Source: Felis catus
Lineage: Eukaryota
Direction: 5' to 3'
DNA: 64,000 nucleotides
Assembly: GCF_018350175.1 (NCBI RefSeq)
Contig: NC_058383.1
Span: forward strand, 14,200,001 to 14,264,000
Shown here piece after piece: positions 49,445 to 62,250 of the stretch; position 1 is the stretch's first letter; each line of letters opens with the position of its first letter. Under the pieces are notes generated by a model that was given only the letters and a program-made list of their open reading frames with translations, was not told where the DNA came from and ran no database searches. A program made the position numbers and the translations under genes.

Positions 49445-49927
49445 CCAATGTTCATAGCCGCCTTACTCATGGTAGCCCTAGACTGGATTCCACCCATATG
49501 TCAACCACCGGGTGAATGGATGTATAGACTGGTGTGTTCATATTGTGGGGGACCATCCAGCCGTACAAAGGAATGAACTTTGTACTGATCCATGATCCAG
49601 CCACGTAAAGTAATGATATGAGTAATAGAGTGCATGAGTCTAAAAGAAGTATCGTGTTGAAAAAAGGAAGCCCCTACAATAGGATTCCATTTATAAGAAG
49701 TGCCAAAACAGCAGAAGTGGCCTCTGGTGATAAAGTCACCATGTGTTTATGTCTGGAGGAGGGGACAATAGACCGGAAGGGGGCATAAGGGGACCTTATC
49801 ACGTGCTGGAAATGTTCTAGATCTTGTCTTGAGTCGTAGTTGCCCATCAGGTGTTTACAGCGCTTTGAAGTGAGTCGAACTTTGGGTCTGTGTATTTTAA
49901 TCTCGGTAAGTTATATGTCAATAAATT
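49445..49927 (+). mobile_element. L1ME 3' fragment
   Basis: AATGTTCATAGC, GATTCCATTTATA, GCTGGAAATGTTCTAGATCTTG and terminal AATAAA. Confidence 0.8.
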
Positions 49928-49959
49928 ACATGGCCATGGTTGTTGCAACAACAAATGGG

Positions 49960-50655
49960 GGAATGAGATACCATTTCATAACCACTAGGCTGTGGTGAAA
50001 CAAGCAAAAACTAACAAGTATTTGAGGATGTGAAGAAGTTGGAAGCCTTGCGCCTTGCCGGTGGGAAGGTGAAGTGATGTAGCCATGTGGAAAAGAGTTT
50101 GGGGGTTCTTCCAAAAGTTAAACATAGAATTAACTGTATGACCCAGCAGTTCCAATCCTGGGTACATACCCTAAAGAACTGAAAACAGATATTCAAACAA
50201 ATACTTGTGCGCGGATGTTCATAGCAGCATTGTTTACAAAAGAGCCAGAAGGTGGAAACAACCCAAATGTCCGTCAGTGGATAAAGGGATCAACAAAATG
50301 TGGTACGTCCATGGAATGGAATGCTATCCAGCCACCAAAGGAATGAAAGTCTAATACAGGCTACAAGGTGGATGAAACTCAAAAATATTACGTTGAGTGA
50401 AAGGAGCCAGGCAAAAGGTTATATATGGCATGCTTCCATTTAGAGAAATATCCGGAAAGCAGATTAGTGGTTGTTGGTGGCAGGGTGGGGCGAGAAGAAT
50501 GCATGATGAGTGTGGACTTCGCTTAAGGGGTGATGGAAACGTTTTGGAATTAGAGGCGGTGGTAGCACAACACTGAATGTACTACATGCCACAGAATTGT
50601 GCAGTTTAAAATGGTTCGTTGGGTGTTATGTGAATTTCACCTCAATTTCAAAATA
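49960..50655 (+). mobile_element. L1MB-like 3' fragment
   Basis: ATGACCCAGCAGTTCC..GGTACATACCCTAAAGAACTGAAAACAG; end ATGTGAATTTCACCTCAAT. Confidence 0.9.
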
Positions 50656-51499
50656 TCAGTATCATGTAAAACAAAAAAAAATCGGGGGAATAAAGTAACA
50701 CGTTAACCTAAATTCAATACGATTCATGAACAAAGCAGCTGAAATTGAAGCTGAGGGTTGGCCCAGGGGCAGAGGTGAGTGTCGGCATCTATCTCCTCGG
50801 GCTGGTCCCACAGGCAGGCTGCTCCCCTGTCTGGTTCTGACCCCGCGTTTTCCTCTGAGCTGACCGTGGAGGTGGCCACAGCCCGGCTTTCCTGTCTTTG
50901 TTCCGAGTGGCTGGGTTTTTCAATTTCCAAAAGTAAAGGTATGTTCAGACCTGGCTTCATCAGATTTGTACTTCGTTTTTATTTCCAGCGATTCGGTGTG
51001 TGTGTTCGCCATGGGTGCATGGACCTGTACCTTCTACGGGATATGGATAGAAATCTATTTTGGGGGTGGAGAGACCTGTTTCGGAGGTGCCAGACTAACT
51101 CTGTTTTAACCCCAAGATATGGAATATGATTTTTTTTAAAAAAAACAGTGGCTGCCTGTGGGAACTTGGCAGGGTAACGGTGCTGATGGTGTGACTTGTG
51201 GGTCTGTCACATCTCCCCGAGTGGGCACGTGAGGGTTTTCACCCCAGCGGCTTGCAGACGCTGTGTCCCTACCTGTGCAGCTGACTTGCAGGGTGTGAAC
51301 GCCAGAGGCAGAGCCTTCCGGGCACCTACAGGCAGAGAACGTTACACCTGCTCACAGGACCTTGGGTCATCTTACAGATGAGCAGGCCCGAGCCCCGGAG
51401 ACAAGCGACTTGAAGGGCTTGTGGGGCGCTGGGGGCCCATCTAGGAGACGGGTTTTCTTGTCTTATGATTAGCTTTTTCTGGAATGCTTTTTTGATCCG

Positions 51500-51660
51500 T
51501 GTTGGTCTTCGTCTTGTGAAGTAACCTCCAATGTGCCAGGTGCTTGACCTGTGTCACGTCTTGAGTTCCTCGCAGCAGACCCGTGAGGTGGGGGTTATCT
51601 ACTCCACTGAACAGACAAGGAAACTGAGGCTTAGGCAGACTTAGGATTTGCAGCGCTTTG
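51500..51660 (-). mobile_element. MIR
   Basis: ATGTGCCAGGTGC, ACAGACAAGGAAACTGAGGCTTAG. Confidence 0.75.
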
Positions 51661-52396
51661 ACTCCCCTCAGCCCCGGCTAGATGCCTGCTGTGTGCCAGC
51701 CCCCGAGCACACTCTCCTGTCCCCGTGAGCTGTTGCCTCCCCGGGGGCCGGATGGATAGGGTTCAGCACAGAGATGACGTATGGTGGGGCGAACGGCAGT
51801 GGTCAGGCAGAGCTGTGTGTCCTTCATGTGTCTGTGCGTTTAGGTCCCTGGGGGGGGGGGATGATTCGCCCTCATGGTCACAGCCTCACAGAGCCTGCTC
51901 TTCCTTGGCGTCTGGCACTGATGGAAGAAAAATGCCTGCTATATTCAATCAAACTTTTGAAGGAGATGATTTAAATTGTTTTGATAACACCCTTGGGAGT
52001 TGGGGCTCCTTTTGATAATTTAGGAACGTGTGCTCTCATTAAAGACAGGAGGTGGATTTGAAGTTTTCTTCCTATAGGGAGGCTTGCTAAATTCACAAAT
52101 CAGACTGGCACGGAGGTCGGCGTGCTGGCCAACAGGGAGACATCTGCCCGTCTCCTGTCCCGTGTCCCCCCTCCCCGCCAGCCACAGCTAACATGGCCAA
52201 GCTCTTCCAAATCACTGGCTATTGGACGTTCATGGACTTGGACAGGATAACAAATGGAAGGGGGTTATTTTCTGATCCCAATAAGTGAGAAACGGCTCTT
52301 CTTCCTAGCTTGGAAGGCAAGTCATTGGTTTCCTACACACCCTGTGCACACATCGTTATCAGCGTGCTGCTAGGCACAATTAAAAATTGCACACGG

Positions 52397-52617
52397 GGGG
52401 CGCCTGGGTGGCGCAGTCGGTTAAGCGTCCGACTTCAGCCAGGTCACGATCTCGCCGTCCGTGAGTTCTAGCCCCGCGTCAGGCTCTGGGCTGATGGCTC
52501 AGAGCCTGGAGCCTGTTTCCGATTCTGTGTCTCCCTCTCTCTCTGCCCCTCCCCCGTTCATGCTCTGTCTCTCTCTGTCCCAAAAATAAATAAACGTTGA
52601 AAAAAAAATTTAGAAAA
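52397..52617 (+). mobile_element. Young feline SINE
   Basis: Perfect TSD AAAAATTGCACACGG. Confidence 0.98.
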
Positions 52618-52932
52618 AAAAATTGCACACGGTATTTCTAAAAGGGGAAGAAGAGAAAAGGCATTTCCAGAATCCACACATGCCCGCCGCCCCTGCGTCT
52701 CCTCACAGCGTGGACGCCGTGTGTACAGTCTTGTGCACATGGTGTGTTCCTGAGCGGGACCTGACCCTGACCTCGAGCCTCCAGGCCCTCCCTCCACCCC
52801 CTGGCATAGGCTAAAGAGACGAGAGCTGCCGTCAGGGCCTCAGAGACTGAACTTGGTCTTTTTTCCATAATTTGTCATCAGCTGTTCGTTGTGCTGTAAC
52901 AGAAGCTTGTTTTTTTTTTTTTTAAACAAATA

Positions 52933-53190
52933 TTGAATCCATTTACATTTAAAGGAGCTACTGATAGGGAAGGATTTCCTATTGCCATTTGTTCATTGTT
53001 TCCTGTTAGCCTGTACTTTTGGCTGTCTTTCTACAGGCATAAAGTTTCAGTTAAGCAGGATGGATACACTGCAGAGGTCCGCAGCATCGTACCTACGGCT
53101 GACGATGCGATGTTGGATTCTTACAAATTTGTTAAGAGGTTCGAGCGCGTGCTGAGTGTTCTTATCACGGTAAAATAAAGTTGAAAAAAC
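52933..53190. mobile_element. Fused L1 fragments in opposite orientations
   Basis: Antisense internal piece AATCCATTTACATTTAAAG..GATAGG joined to a sense L1MB-like 3' end ATAAAGTTTCAGTTAAGCA..AATTTGTTAAGAGG..AAAATAAA. Confidence 0.7.
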
Positions 53191-53351
53191 AGTGAGTAAT
53201 GTAAATGGTAGATAAATTAAGGAGTCTACTTAGATGAGAAAAGAATTTAACTTTCATCTGAATGAACCTTTTCTTGGTAGTTTCTGGTTTTCTTTACCCA
53301 GGGGAGGATGGTGAGGCACCTGCTATGGGTGGTAACTTTAAAAATAGTCTA

Positions 53352-53559
53352 GGGGCGCCTGGGTGGCTCAGTCGGTTAAGCATCTGACTTCGGCTCAGGT
53401 CATGATCTCGCGGTCTGTGAGTTCGAGCCCCGTGTCGGGCTCTGTGCTGACGGCTCAGAGCCTGGAGCCTGCTTCGGATTCTGTGTCTTCCTCTCTCTCT
53501 GCCCCTCCCCCGTTCATGCTCTGTCTCTCTCTGTCTCAAAAATAAAAATAAACGTTTAA
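53352..53559 (+). mobile_element. Feline SINE
   Basis: TSD AAAAATAGTCTA. Confidence 0.97.
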
Positions 53560-54331
53560 AAAAATAGTCTAAGTAGGTACAAAGCATGATCATAAGATGG
53601 GTTCTTACACATACACTGAAATTTTTGTTTCAAAAATGAGCATTCCCTAAATTAAATGGCCACCTTGGAACTCTATACAGTAATTTCAGGGATTGAAAGA
53701 TACAGGCATACGTGTGCGAGGCTGTGTGCGCACATGTACCCTCTCTTGATTGTTCTGGGCACACAGTCTTGTCCTTTGCTTCCAGGCCGAGGTATTTTCA
53801 CCGCGCGGAAGGTTACCGCAGCGGGGAGAGGTACCAGGCTGAGTTGGTGAAAACCCAGAAATACCGTTTCACTGGATTTTATTAGTTATACCAAATTTCT
53901 TATTTCCAGAAACATAGCATGACTCATCTGGTTCAAAACAAAACAAAACAAAAAACGAAAACTGTCTCCCTTGCAATTCTGTTGAACTTGCCTTATTCAA
54001 CACGGGGCACTCATTTGAGATCAGGAGAAGCAACTTGCATGCATTATATTTCATTTCATTAGTATACTAAGTATACTTAGCATACTAAGACCCTTAAAAA
54101 TAGGATGGCTTCTGTAGGTTAGGCATGCCAGGCTTCTTGGTGTCACTTCATTGCTATGTTTTTGTTTTTCTTTTTTTTCATTTGCTTCATAAATTACACC
54201 AAAGTGAAATTAGCCAGCCCATTCTGCGTGAGCCATCCCTGAGTCCGAATTGGTGGGGTCTGTTAATAACCGCCGCTCATATACTTTGGGACGCCTGAGG
54301 GGAAAGAGAACGTGGTCAAATACAGATACGG

Positions 54332-54566
54332 GGGGCGCCTGGGTGGCGCAGTCGGTTAAGCGTCCGACTTCAGCCAGGTCACGATCTCGCGGTCCGTGAG
54401 TTCGAGCCCCGCGTCCGGCTCTGGGCTGATGGCTCGGAGCCTGGAGCCTGTTTCCGATTCTGTGTCTCCCCCTCTCTCTGCCCCTCCCCCGTTCATGCTC
54501 TGTCTCTCTCTGTCCCAAAAATAAATACAAAAAAAAAAAAACGTTAAAAAAAATAAAAAATAAATA
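54332..54566 (+). mobile_element. Young feline SINE
   Basis: Perfect TSD AAATACAGATACGG. Confidence 0.98.
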
Positions 54567-55204
54567 AAATACAGATACGGTGCTTTTTCTGACTTGCGCT
54601 GCAAAGATGTCTGATTCTAATCTTTCTTGTTAAGACCGTCATTACGGATACTTAGCACATTGATCCCTTCTTCGGGAGCGATTCACAGATACTCTCCTGT
54701 TGGGAAACGACTCTCTTTGTCTCTTCGTGACTCAGATTAGGTTGGCCTCCCCTCTGAAGAAGACTCCCTTACAGTTGATGAAGAGCCACATTCCTTGCAA
54801 GACTTGACCCTGAACATTTGCGATTAGCCCTTTGAATTTCTCTTTCTGGACGTCTAACAAAACTTGGAACACTTGTCTCTCCAGGATCCAAATACGAGCT
54901 GAACTCCTCAGGGGCGGCTGTGAGGCAGGTATTTTGAAAACGACCACATCAGAGTTATCGGGAGAGAGTAGGCAAGAGCTGGCTTTTATTTCTCCACACG
55001 TGTCTCCGGGAGCATGTGTGTGTATTTGGGTCCGTCAAAAATATGAAATGAGCGTGTCCCTCAAGAATGTCCGCGAAGCTTTCAACTCTAACTTCTCCGG
55101 CTCAGCTGTCAAGCATACCTTGCTTGTTTGTACAGAACACGCCTAGATCCCGCTCTTTGGTTTTGGCCAGCTTTCCTACTTCAGGGAATCGGCAGAACTC
55201 AAGC

Positions 55205-56080
55205 GGTATTCATTCATTCATGGATTCAACTTGCTCTTTTTCACCCAGCAAATAATTTTTGAGCATTTACAAAGTGCTAGGCCTGGTGTAGGCTCTGGGA
55301 ACGCAAAGTCCCTGGCCTCTTGGAGCTTATTATCTGGAGGGACTGAAGAAGCAACTGTCCACATACTCCGTAAGGTGACGATGACGGCTGGGAAGAAAAT
55401 AAGGCCGGGCAGGGGATGGAGGATGGCAGGAGGTTTGCTTTTATTTAGGAAGGGAAGAAGCCTTACAGAAGGACTTTAGGCAGAAGGGGCAGCATGTGCA
55501 AAAGGAGCCAGGGGATAGCAAGGAGGAGGATGAGCAGGTGGCTTTTGGGGCACACGGTAGTGACGTGGTGGGAAGAAGTGGTCAATGTTGGGTGTATTTC
55601 AAAGGAAGGGCTGACAGGGCCTCCTGAGGCCTTTGGTGGGTTGAGGGCAGGTGCGGAGCCCCAGAGGGCGGCTGGAAACCTGAAGCTGGTCTGGGATGAG
55701 ATGGGGGGGGGCACGTGGGAGGGGCGAGTTTGGGAGAGGCCGTGGGAACTTGGGGCTGGGATGCTGAGCTTGGGATGCCCGTGGGACACCCAGGGTGAGA
55801 TGCTGTGTGCACCGGTGGGTATCCGAGTTTAGAGTTGAGGGGAGAAGCTTGGGATGGCCAGAGCACCGATGTGTGGCGAGTGTTTAGCGCATGGGACTGA
55901 CTGTGGGGACTTAGGCAATGAAGGGAGCCTGAGAAGGGAAGAGAAAGAAAGGGAACAAGCTGAGGATGAGCCTGGGGCCATCTGTTGAAGCCAGAAAATA
56001 AGAAGGAATCTCCAAAGGAGACTGAAAAGAAGCCACTGATAATAAGATGGGAGAAAAAAACCAGGAGAGGTTAGTGTCCT
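55205..56080 (-). mobile_element. L2 LINE fragment
   Basis: (ATTC)n tail, CAGCAAATAATTTTTGAGCA, GCAGCATGTGCAAAAG; ORF 55463-55789 has L2-like SHGHPKLS. Confidence 0.8.
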
Positions 56081-56099
56081 GGGGTGGGGGGTGGGGGGA

Positions 56100-56457
56100 A
56101 AGGAGAGAAAGGTATTTATTGTAGCAATTGGCTCAAGGCACTTGTGGTGTGATTCAGTCTGAGTCTGAAGGCCTGGGAAGCAAGGGAGCCGATGACATTA
56201 TCCCCGTCTGAGGGTAGAAGATGAGGTGAACTGTCCTAGCTCAACAGCGAGGCAGACAGTAGAAGGGGATTGAATTCCCCCTTCCTCTGCCTGTTGTTCT
56301 AGCTGGGTGATGGTACCCGCACTGGGGAGGGCAGCCTACGGATGGGTGAACAGAGTCCGCTGGTCCACCAGCAACACCCACACAGACACCCCCAGAAAGA
56401 ATGTGTAATCTGGGTTCCCTGTGGCCGGCCCAGTTGACACACAGAAGTAACTACCAC
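56100..56457 (-). mobile_element. MLT2-like ERVL LTR
   Basis: Ends in CCAGTTGACACACAGAAGTAACTACCAC (reverse complement of the MLT2 start). Confidence 0.85.
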
Positions 56458-56459
56458 GC

Positions 56460-56575
56460 TTTTACTCAATCCATCATAACAACCCTATGAATTAATCCTA
56501 GTATTAGTATCCCCCAGTCACAGATGAGGAAGCTGAGGCTCAGAGAGGTTAAGTGACTCGTCCCAGGTCACCTGC
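56460..56575 (-). mobile_element. MIR
   Basis: CATAACAACCCTATGA, CAGATGAGGAAGCTGAGGCTCAGAGAGGTTAAGTGAC. Confidence 0.9.
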
Positions 56576-56579
56576 ACCC

Positions 56580-56937
56580 TTGTGTTAGTTTCTCAGGACT
56601 TTGGTGACACATCGACCACAAACTGGGTGGCTTACAGCAATGAGCATCTGTTCTCTCAGATTTCTGGAGCCTCAAAGTCTGAAGTCAAGGTGTCCGCGGG
56701 GCCGTGCTTCCTCTGAAGTTCCAGGGAAGGATCCTTCCTTGCCTTTTCTAAAAGCTCCCGGTGGCTGCGGGCCATCCTGACTGTTCCTCATCTTGTAGGG
56801 GCATCACTCCAATCGGTGGTTCCACCTTTACACGAACCTCTTCGTCTGTGTGTGTGTCCTTTTCTTATAAGGACGTCAATTGTTGGATTTAGGGCCCATC
56901 CTAATTCAGCACGACCTCATCTTGACTAAATTACATC
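56580..56937 (-). mobile_element. MLT1C-like LTR, truncated (second copy of duplicated block)
   Basis: Near-identical to 37303-37651. Confidence 0.9.
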
Positions 56938-57019
56938 CGAAAAGAAAGGAAGAGAGAGAGAGAGGGAAAGCAAGCAGAGAGAAACAGAGAAAGAAAGAGA
57001 CAATGCAGATGTGACACGT

Positions 57020-57290
57020 CTAGGGATGGGCAGGGTGAGCCTCAGACCGTGATACAGATCTGACAAGAGTCAGGCTCTTGGTGGATTCTTGGTTGTCTTT
57101 CGCGCACCGGGCGGGAATGATCAGGCACTAGTATCCTGGCCGTGTTCAGTCACTGGCTGGGGCTGCCCGGGAAGACCGTGGCCACTGCGCCCAAGACGAG
57201 GCTGACCCCAAAGGTCCTAACAGCTGGGGGCTGTGCACTGGCAGGTTCTTTCTGGAAGGGAGAGTCGGGCACCACATGTGCATGGCTGCT
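57020..57290 (-). mobile_element. LTR16-like ERVL LTR fragment
   Basis: CCTCAGACCGTGATACAGATCTGAC, TCAGTCACTGGCTGGGGCTGCCC. Confidence 0.7.
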
Positions 57291-58211
57291 GCTCCTGGCG
57301 CCTTAGTTTCTTGTGTATTTCAAGGGCTCGTTTCTTGTGTATTTCAAGGGCTCCTGTGGAGGGAACCAAGGTGGTACTCCTCTTTCCTCATTGTCTCAAG
57401 ATGCAGCTTTGCCCCTTTTGTCTGGTTTGTTACCACTCATCCATAAACTGGCCAGCCTCCCAAATCCTTCCTATTGCCTCCTTTTCTGCGTGCCTGGTCC
57501 GTGAGGATTTGTGCCTTAAAACGTAAATCCCTCTTCCGACGTGTTAGGTGGGGTGCTGGAGAGACAACAAAATTACATAGGCACAAATTTACATAGGCAA
57601 AAAAGACAAAGCACAGAAGAGGAAGGGAAGTTAGGCGTAAAAAATACTGACTTCCCTATTGGAAGAGTCAATGACGGCAATGTACAGGTCTAGAACTGAA
57701 TGAAATGAAATGGGATGGAGAGATGGGTTAGGGATCCGTCAGTGTGCAGGTGGAAACTGAAGCTATGGGGGAGGGGACGACCACATGGATTCAGGCGTTG
57801 GGTCTCCCTTTGCAGCTTGAATGACCTTGGGGAAATTACCTAATGACCCTGAGGAGTTCTGTAAGTGTTTGGTTACATTCAATCAATGGGCAAACCGCTG
57901 GAAGTGGAGAGGGTTTTGATGAAGCAGTGTTACATGCGGGTTTTTGTTAGGAAATGCGTCAAGGGCATCATTCTTGGACTCTAGCAAGGTCTGATCGGGA
58001 GACACCACTCAGTTTGCAGGGGTGCCGAGATGCAAATTCCTGACGTTTGCCTACCTGTGCCGACGGGATACCTGCCGTTTGGAGAGCTTCCGTTCGTGCT
58101 TCCTATCCGGGTGTTTTTGCTAGAAAATGATCTTCTACGTGAGCATCCGTTGCTGGTTTTACCGGAAAGTTTAGTGTTTTACTTAGAGGTGTAGTATTTT
58201 TCCCTCTCTGG

Positions 58212-58553
58212 GTGTTAGGGACTGAATTGTGTCACTCTAAAAATAATGTGTTGAGGTCCTAACCCCAGTACCTCAAATGTGACAGCATTTGGGGAGAGGG
58301 CCTTTGAAAGGTCATTAAATGAAGATGAGACCATCAGGGTGGGTCCTGATCCACTTTGACTGATGCTCTTAAAAGAAGAGGAGGGTAGGACACCAAACAC
58401 AGAGGGAAGACAGGCATCCCGTCTGTAAGCCGAGGAGCGAGCGACAGCCCCCTTGGCGCTTTGAGTGTGGACTTCCAGCTTCCAGAACTGTAAGAAAATA
58501 AATTTCACCCACTTTGTGGTGTCTCATTAGGGCAGCCCCCGCCCACTAATACA
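58212..58553 (+). mobile_element. MLT1B-like solo LTR
   Basis: GGACTGAATTGTGTC, GTCCTAACCCCAGTACCTCA, CCAGAACTGTAAGAAAATAAAT, end CTAATACA. Confidence 0.9.
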
Positions 58554-59454
58554 GTGGGGACATGGAAAGAATAAGGTTGGAATTGAGGTAGATGTAGATA
58601 GAGATATGCAGGTGTACAGACTCTTAAAATTAAATACCTTAATCCCTGACTTCATTATTTTTCTTCTGTCAAACATAATCCGATTTGGAGCAAAAAAAAA
58701 AAAAAGGCTTCGAGCGCATTTTAATTTTTGCTAGTTTCTTGGGAGGGGCTTATTTATTTATTTATTTTTCAAACTCCTGCTTCCCCAGACTAGTAAATTA
58801 GTAAATGCTCAGACAGAAAGTTTCTGTGTTAGCAAATCTTTCCCCTATTTTTTTTTTTTTTTCCTGCGGTGACTCTCCTTCAATTGCAGATCAATTCTGG
58901 CTCCAGGCGAAAGCACCACAATTGCTTTCTTTTCTCTCAGGCTGACCCACGAGGAGAATACGTTTTTCTTTCCCTCAGCATGGCAGATTCTGTCCCGGAA
59001 ATTCACAGGAGTGAAATGGTTAGCAGTTGTTCTTCAAATCTGGCCCTATCTTTTGTGGAAACTGTTGTCTTCTCTGACATTAACTTCATGTTTAAAGAGG
59101 AAATCTATCGACCGTTAGGCTCAGAGTGCCCGTTTTTTTGGTGGATGTCCTGTAGTCGGCCACAGCGGGGCCCCGCTCCGGGATGCCGTCCTCATAGATC
59201 CACACGGGGTCAGTGGCGAAGGACACGTCAGGCTGGTTATCAGGTGTCCCCGCCTTTGACTGTGGAACTGGAGAGTTTCTGTGTTTTAACTAACATTTTG
59301 GATCTTGCAGAGATCTTAGCTGTTAACTGGCCACTGAAGATGGTTCCCGAACAATTCATTTGCAACTTTTTTTTTTTTCAAATAGTCTAGGTTCCCTGGA
59401 AATCCACTGGATGTCATAAGCAGGAGAGTATCATGATTTGATTTATACTTAAAA

Positions 59455-60220
59455 ATTTTTTTTAAATTGTGGTAAAATATACACTGCATGAAATTTACCA
59501 TCTTAACCATTTGTAAGCATGCCATACGGTCGTTTTAAGTACATTCACTGAAACTCTAGATCCGTTAAATGACCCCTCAGTCTCGCCTCTCCCCAGCCCT
59601 CTGCAGCCATCATTCTCCTTTCTGTCTCTGTGAATTTGACTCCTATAGGGATTTTATATAAATGGCATCATACAGCGTTCGTCTTTTTTGCGACTGACTT
59701 ATTTCACTTAGCACAATGTCCTCCAGGCTCATTCATGTTGGAGCACATGTCAGAATTTTCTCCCTTTTTAAGGCCAAATAATATTCCATTGTCTGGATAG
59801 ACCATTCTGCTTATCCATTCATCTGGATGAACGGACGTTTTACTTACTTGCACCCTTTGGCTGCGGTGAGTGATGCCGTGAACACTCTGCCTCGTGAATG
59901 CAAATATCTCTTGGAAGACCCTGCTTTCAATTCTTTTGTGTGTATACCTAGAAGCGGATTGCTGGGTCGTCTGATAATTCTGTTTTTTACTTTTTGGGCG
60001 GGTGGGGGGAGCCACCACACCATTTTCCGTAGCAGCCGCGCTGTCTTACATTCCCACAGTGTATGAGGTTCCAGTGTCTCCACATCCTCATCAACCCTGG
60101 TTCTTTTCTGTGTTTTCTTGTGGTTTTTTTGTTTGTTTGTTTTTTCTTTTTTCTTTCTTTTTTGTTTTTGTTTTTTGACATAGCCATCCGGTGGGCGGGA
60201 GGTGGTATCTATTTGTGGTT
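59455..60220 (-). mobile_element. L1MB-like 3' fragment
   Basis: TTGTGGTAAAATATACA..AAATTTACCATCTTAACCATTT; CTTATTTCACTTAGCACAATGTCCTC. Confidence 0.92.
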
Positions 60221-62035
60221 CCCAGCACCTTTGTGACTTTCCGCTGGGGGTGTGTCATGTTCTCAGGTGCTGGTACTCAGAGACAGTAGGATCCAGTTTT
60301 TGCCCTAAAAGAGGAATCTCATGGTCTGTTGGAGGAGAGACGCATCCAGACAGAAAACTATAATACGTCACGCGTGCGTGGCGATGGAGATACGTCTTAG
60401 GAGAACACGGAGGGGATGCCATCAAGGAAGACTTCCCCAAAGTGGGGATTCTTCTTGGACGTATTCTCCAAAGCCCGCTTGGGAGAAGGAACCAGGACAA
60501 GAGAAGCTAAAGTTAAGCTCCAGGCAGTTGGTAGGTTTGGGTTGGAGCGATCTTTTGGGAACGGAACGTTGGTGGACGCGTTTCCTTCTTTTAGCGTAGG
60601 TGTCTGTCTGGCTCTGAGAGATGGTAAAGGGTACTTCATTGGGATACTTCCTTCCCAGTTTGTGGTTGTCCGCAAGGGGCCAGACTGAGGCGAGGCCTTT
60701 GGGAGAAAACGGGAACGGGGGCAGGTGGAGCCTGATCCAGGGTGATGGGTGTTTGAAGGGGAAGGTTTGAAGGCTGTGGGTTAAGGGGCGTGCGGTCACG
60801 TGGGGGAGAGCCCAGGGGCAAGATGGCAAGTCTGGACGGAGAAAGTACATAAAGGCCTGCTATGTAGGAATGGTGCCACTGTTGTCATGGCGACTCACAT
60901 TTGTCGAGCCTCAGAGGCTGTGTGCAGAGGAAGAGAGAAGGACTGAATTGCAGTCGGAGGGGGGCAGTCTGGCTGCCGGGCCTGGGACTGAAGCGGTGTG
61001 TGATCTCACCGGTGTTTCTGAGGGTTGTCCCGACACCGAGGCTGCTCCGTTTCCGCTCTCATGCCTCTGCGCTGCCTTTTCTAGAACTGCTCTCAAAAGA
61101 GGCGGTGGGTCTGATGTCACGAGATCTGTATGCTTTTCTCAGGGAGGAGACACACACACACACACACACACAGCATATAATTTTGCTGAACTTCTGTACT
61201 AAACACCCCCCCCCCCCCCGTTTGATTTAGCGCTTACGTATTTAGCGTGGGCTCCTTGTAAGGCTCCCTGCAAACTTGTCTATCTGTCAGAGTAGACTGA
61301 GAACCCCTTGTATCCCCAGAACCCTACAGAGTGTCGGACACTTTGCAGATTAGTAAACACGGCACGTGAATTAGTGGATGCGACGTGTCTTGGGAGTATG
61401 GAGGTGGCCTGGCCAGCCCTCTGGGCTCCGCTCCCGGAGAATCTTTCCTTCCTCTCTGCTCTCTCTACCCACCGCGTCTCTTGGCTCAAGTCCTTTTTCG
61501 TCTGACTTGGACAGCTGAGGTCACCTTCAAATGGACTTTTCTCCCTTCAGTGTCATTCTTCTGACTTGTGTCGGTCAGGGTCACTTTGTATCATCGCACG
61601 CAGACCTGGTCACGTGTTTTGTCTTTCCCAAAGAGAAAGAGACCCAGAAACCCAAACCCATGAGGCTCTGCAGTCTGATTCCCGCCTGTTCCTCCGGCCT
61701 TACCACCCTTCGCGGCTCGCCTCTCTCCCATCTCTTGCTGCCCCGAACTTGCCTCTTCCTTCTGTGATTTGAAGTTGATGCCTCTCCTTCCCCTGAGAAC
61801 ATGCCGTTCCCGCCTCTCTTTGGCCTGGCGCACACTGCATGCTTTTCGGAGTGAAATCCTCATGTTGCCTCCTTAGGGAAGCTGGTCACGCCCCTTGCAA
61901 GGCGAGGGCGCCATCGCTCCCTTTGGGTTCCCGTTACCTTTGTGGAGACCTTCACTGGGTCACTTACCCCACAGATCCCCTCAAAGTATCTTCTATTCGT
62001 ATTTATTCCCGTACTGATTTCAAAAATGGTTTAGG

Positions 62036-62250
62036 GGGCGCCTGGGTGGCTCAGTCGGTTAAGCCTCCGACTTCAGTTCAGGTCACAATCTCACGGTCCG
62101 TGGGTTCGAGCCCCGCATCGGGCTCTGGGCTGATGGCTCGGAGCCTGGAGCCTGCTTCCGATTCTGTGTCTCCCTCTCTCTCTGCCCCTCCCCCATTCAT
62201 GCTCTGTCTCTCTCTGTCTCAAAAATAAATAAACGTTAAAAAAAATTAAA
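62036..62250 (+). mobile_element. Feline SINE
   Basis: TSD AAAAATG(G/A)TTTAGG. Confidence 0.97.
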
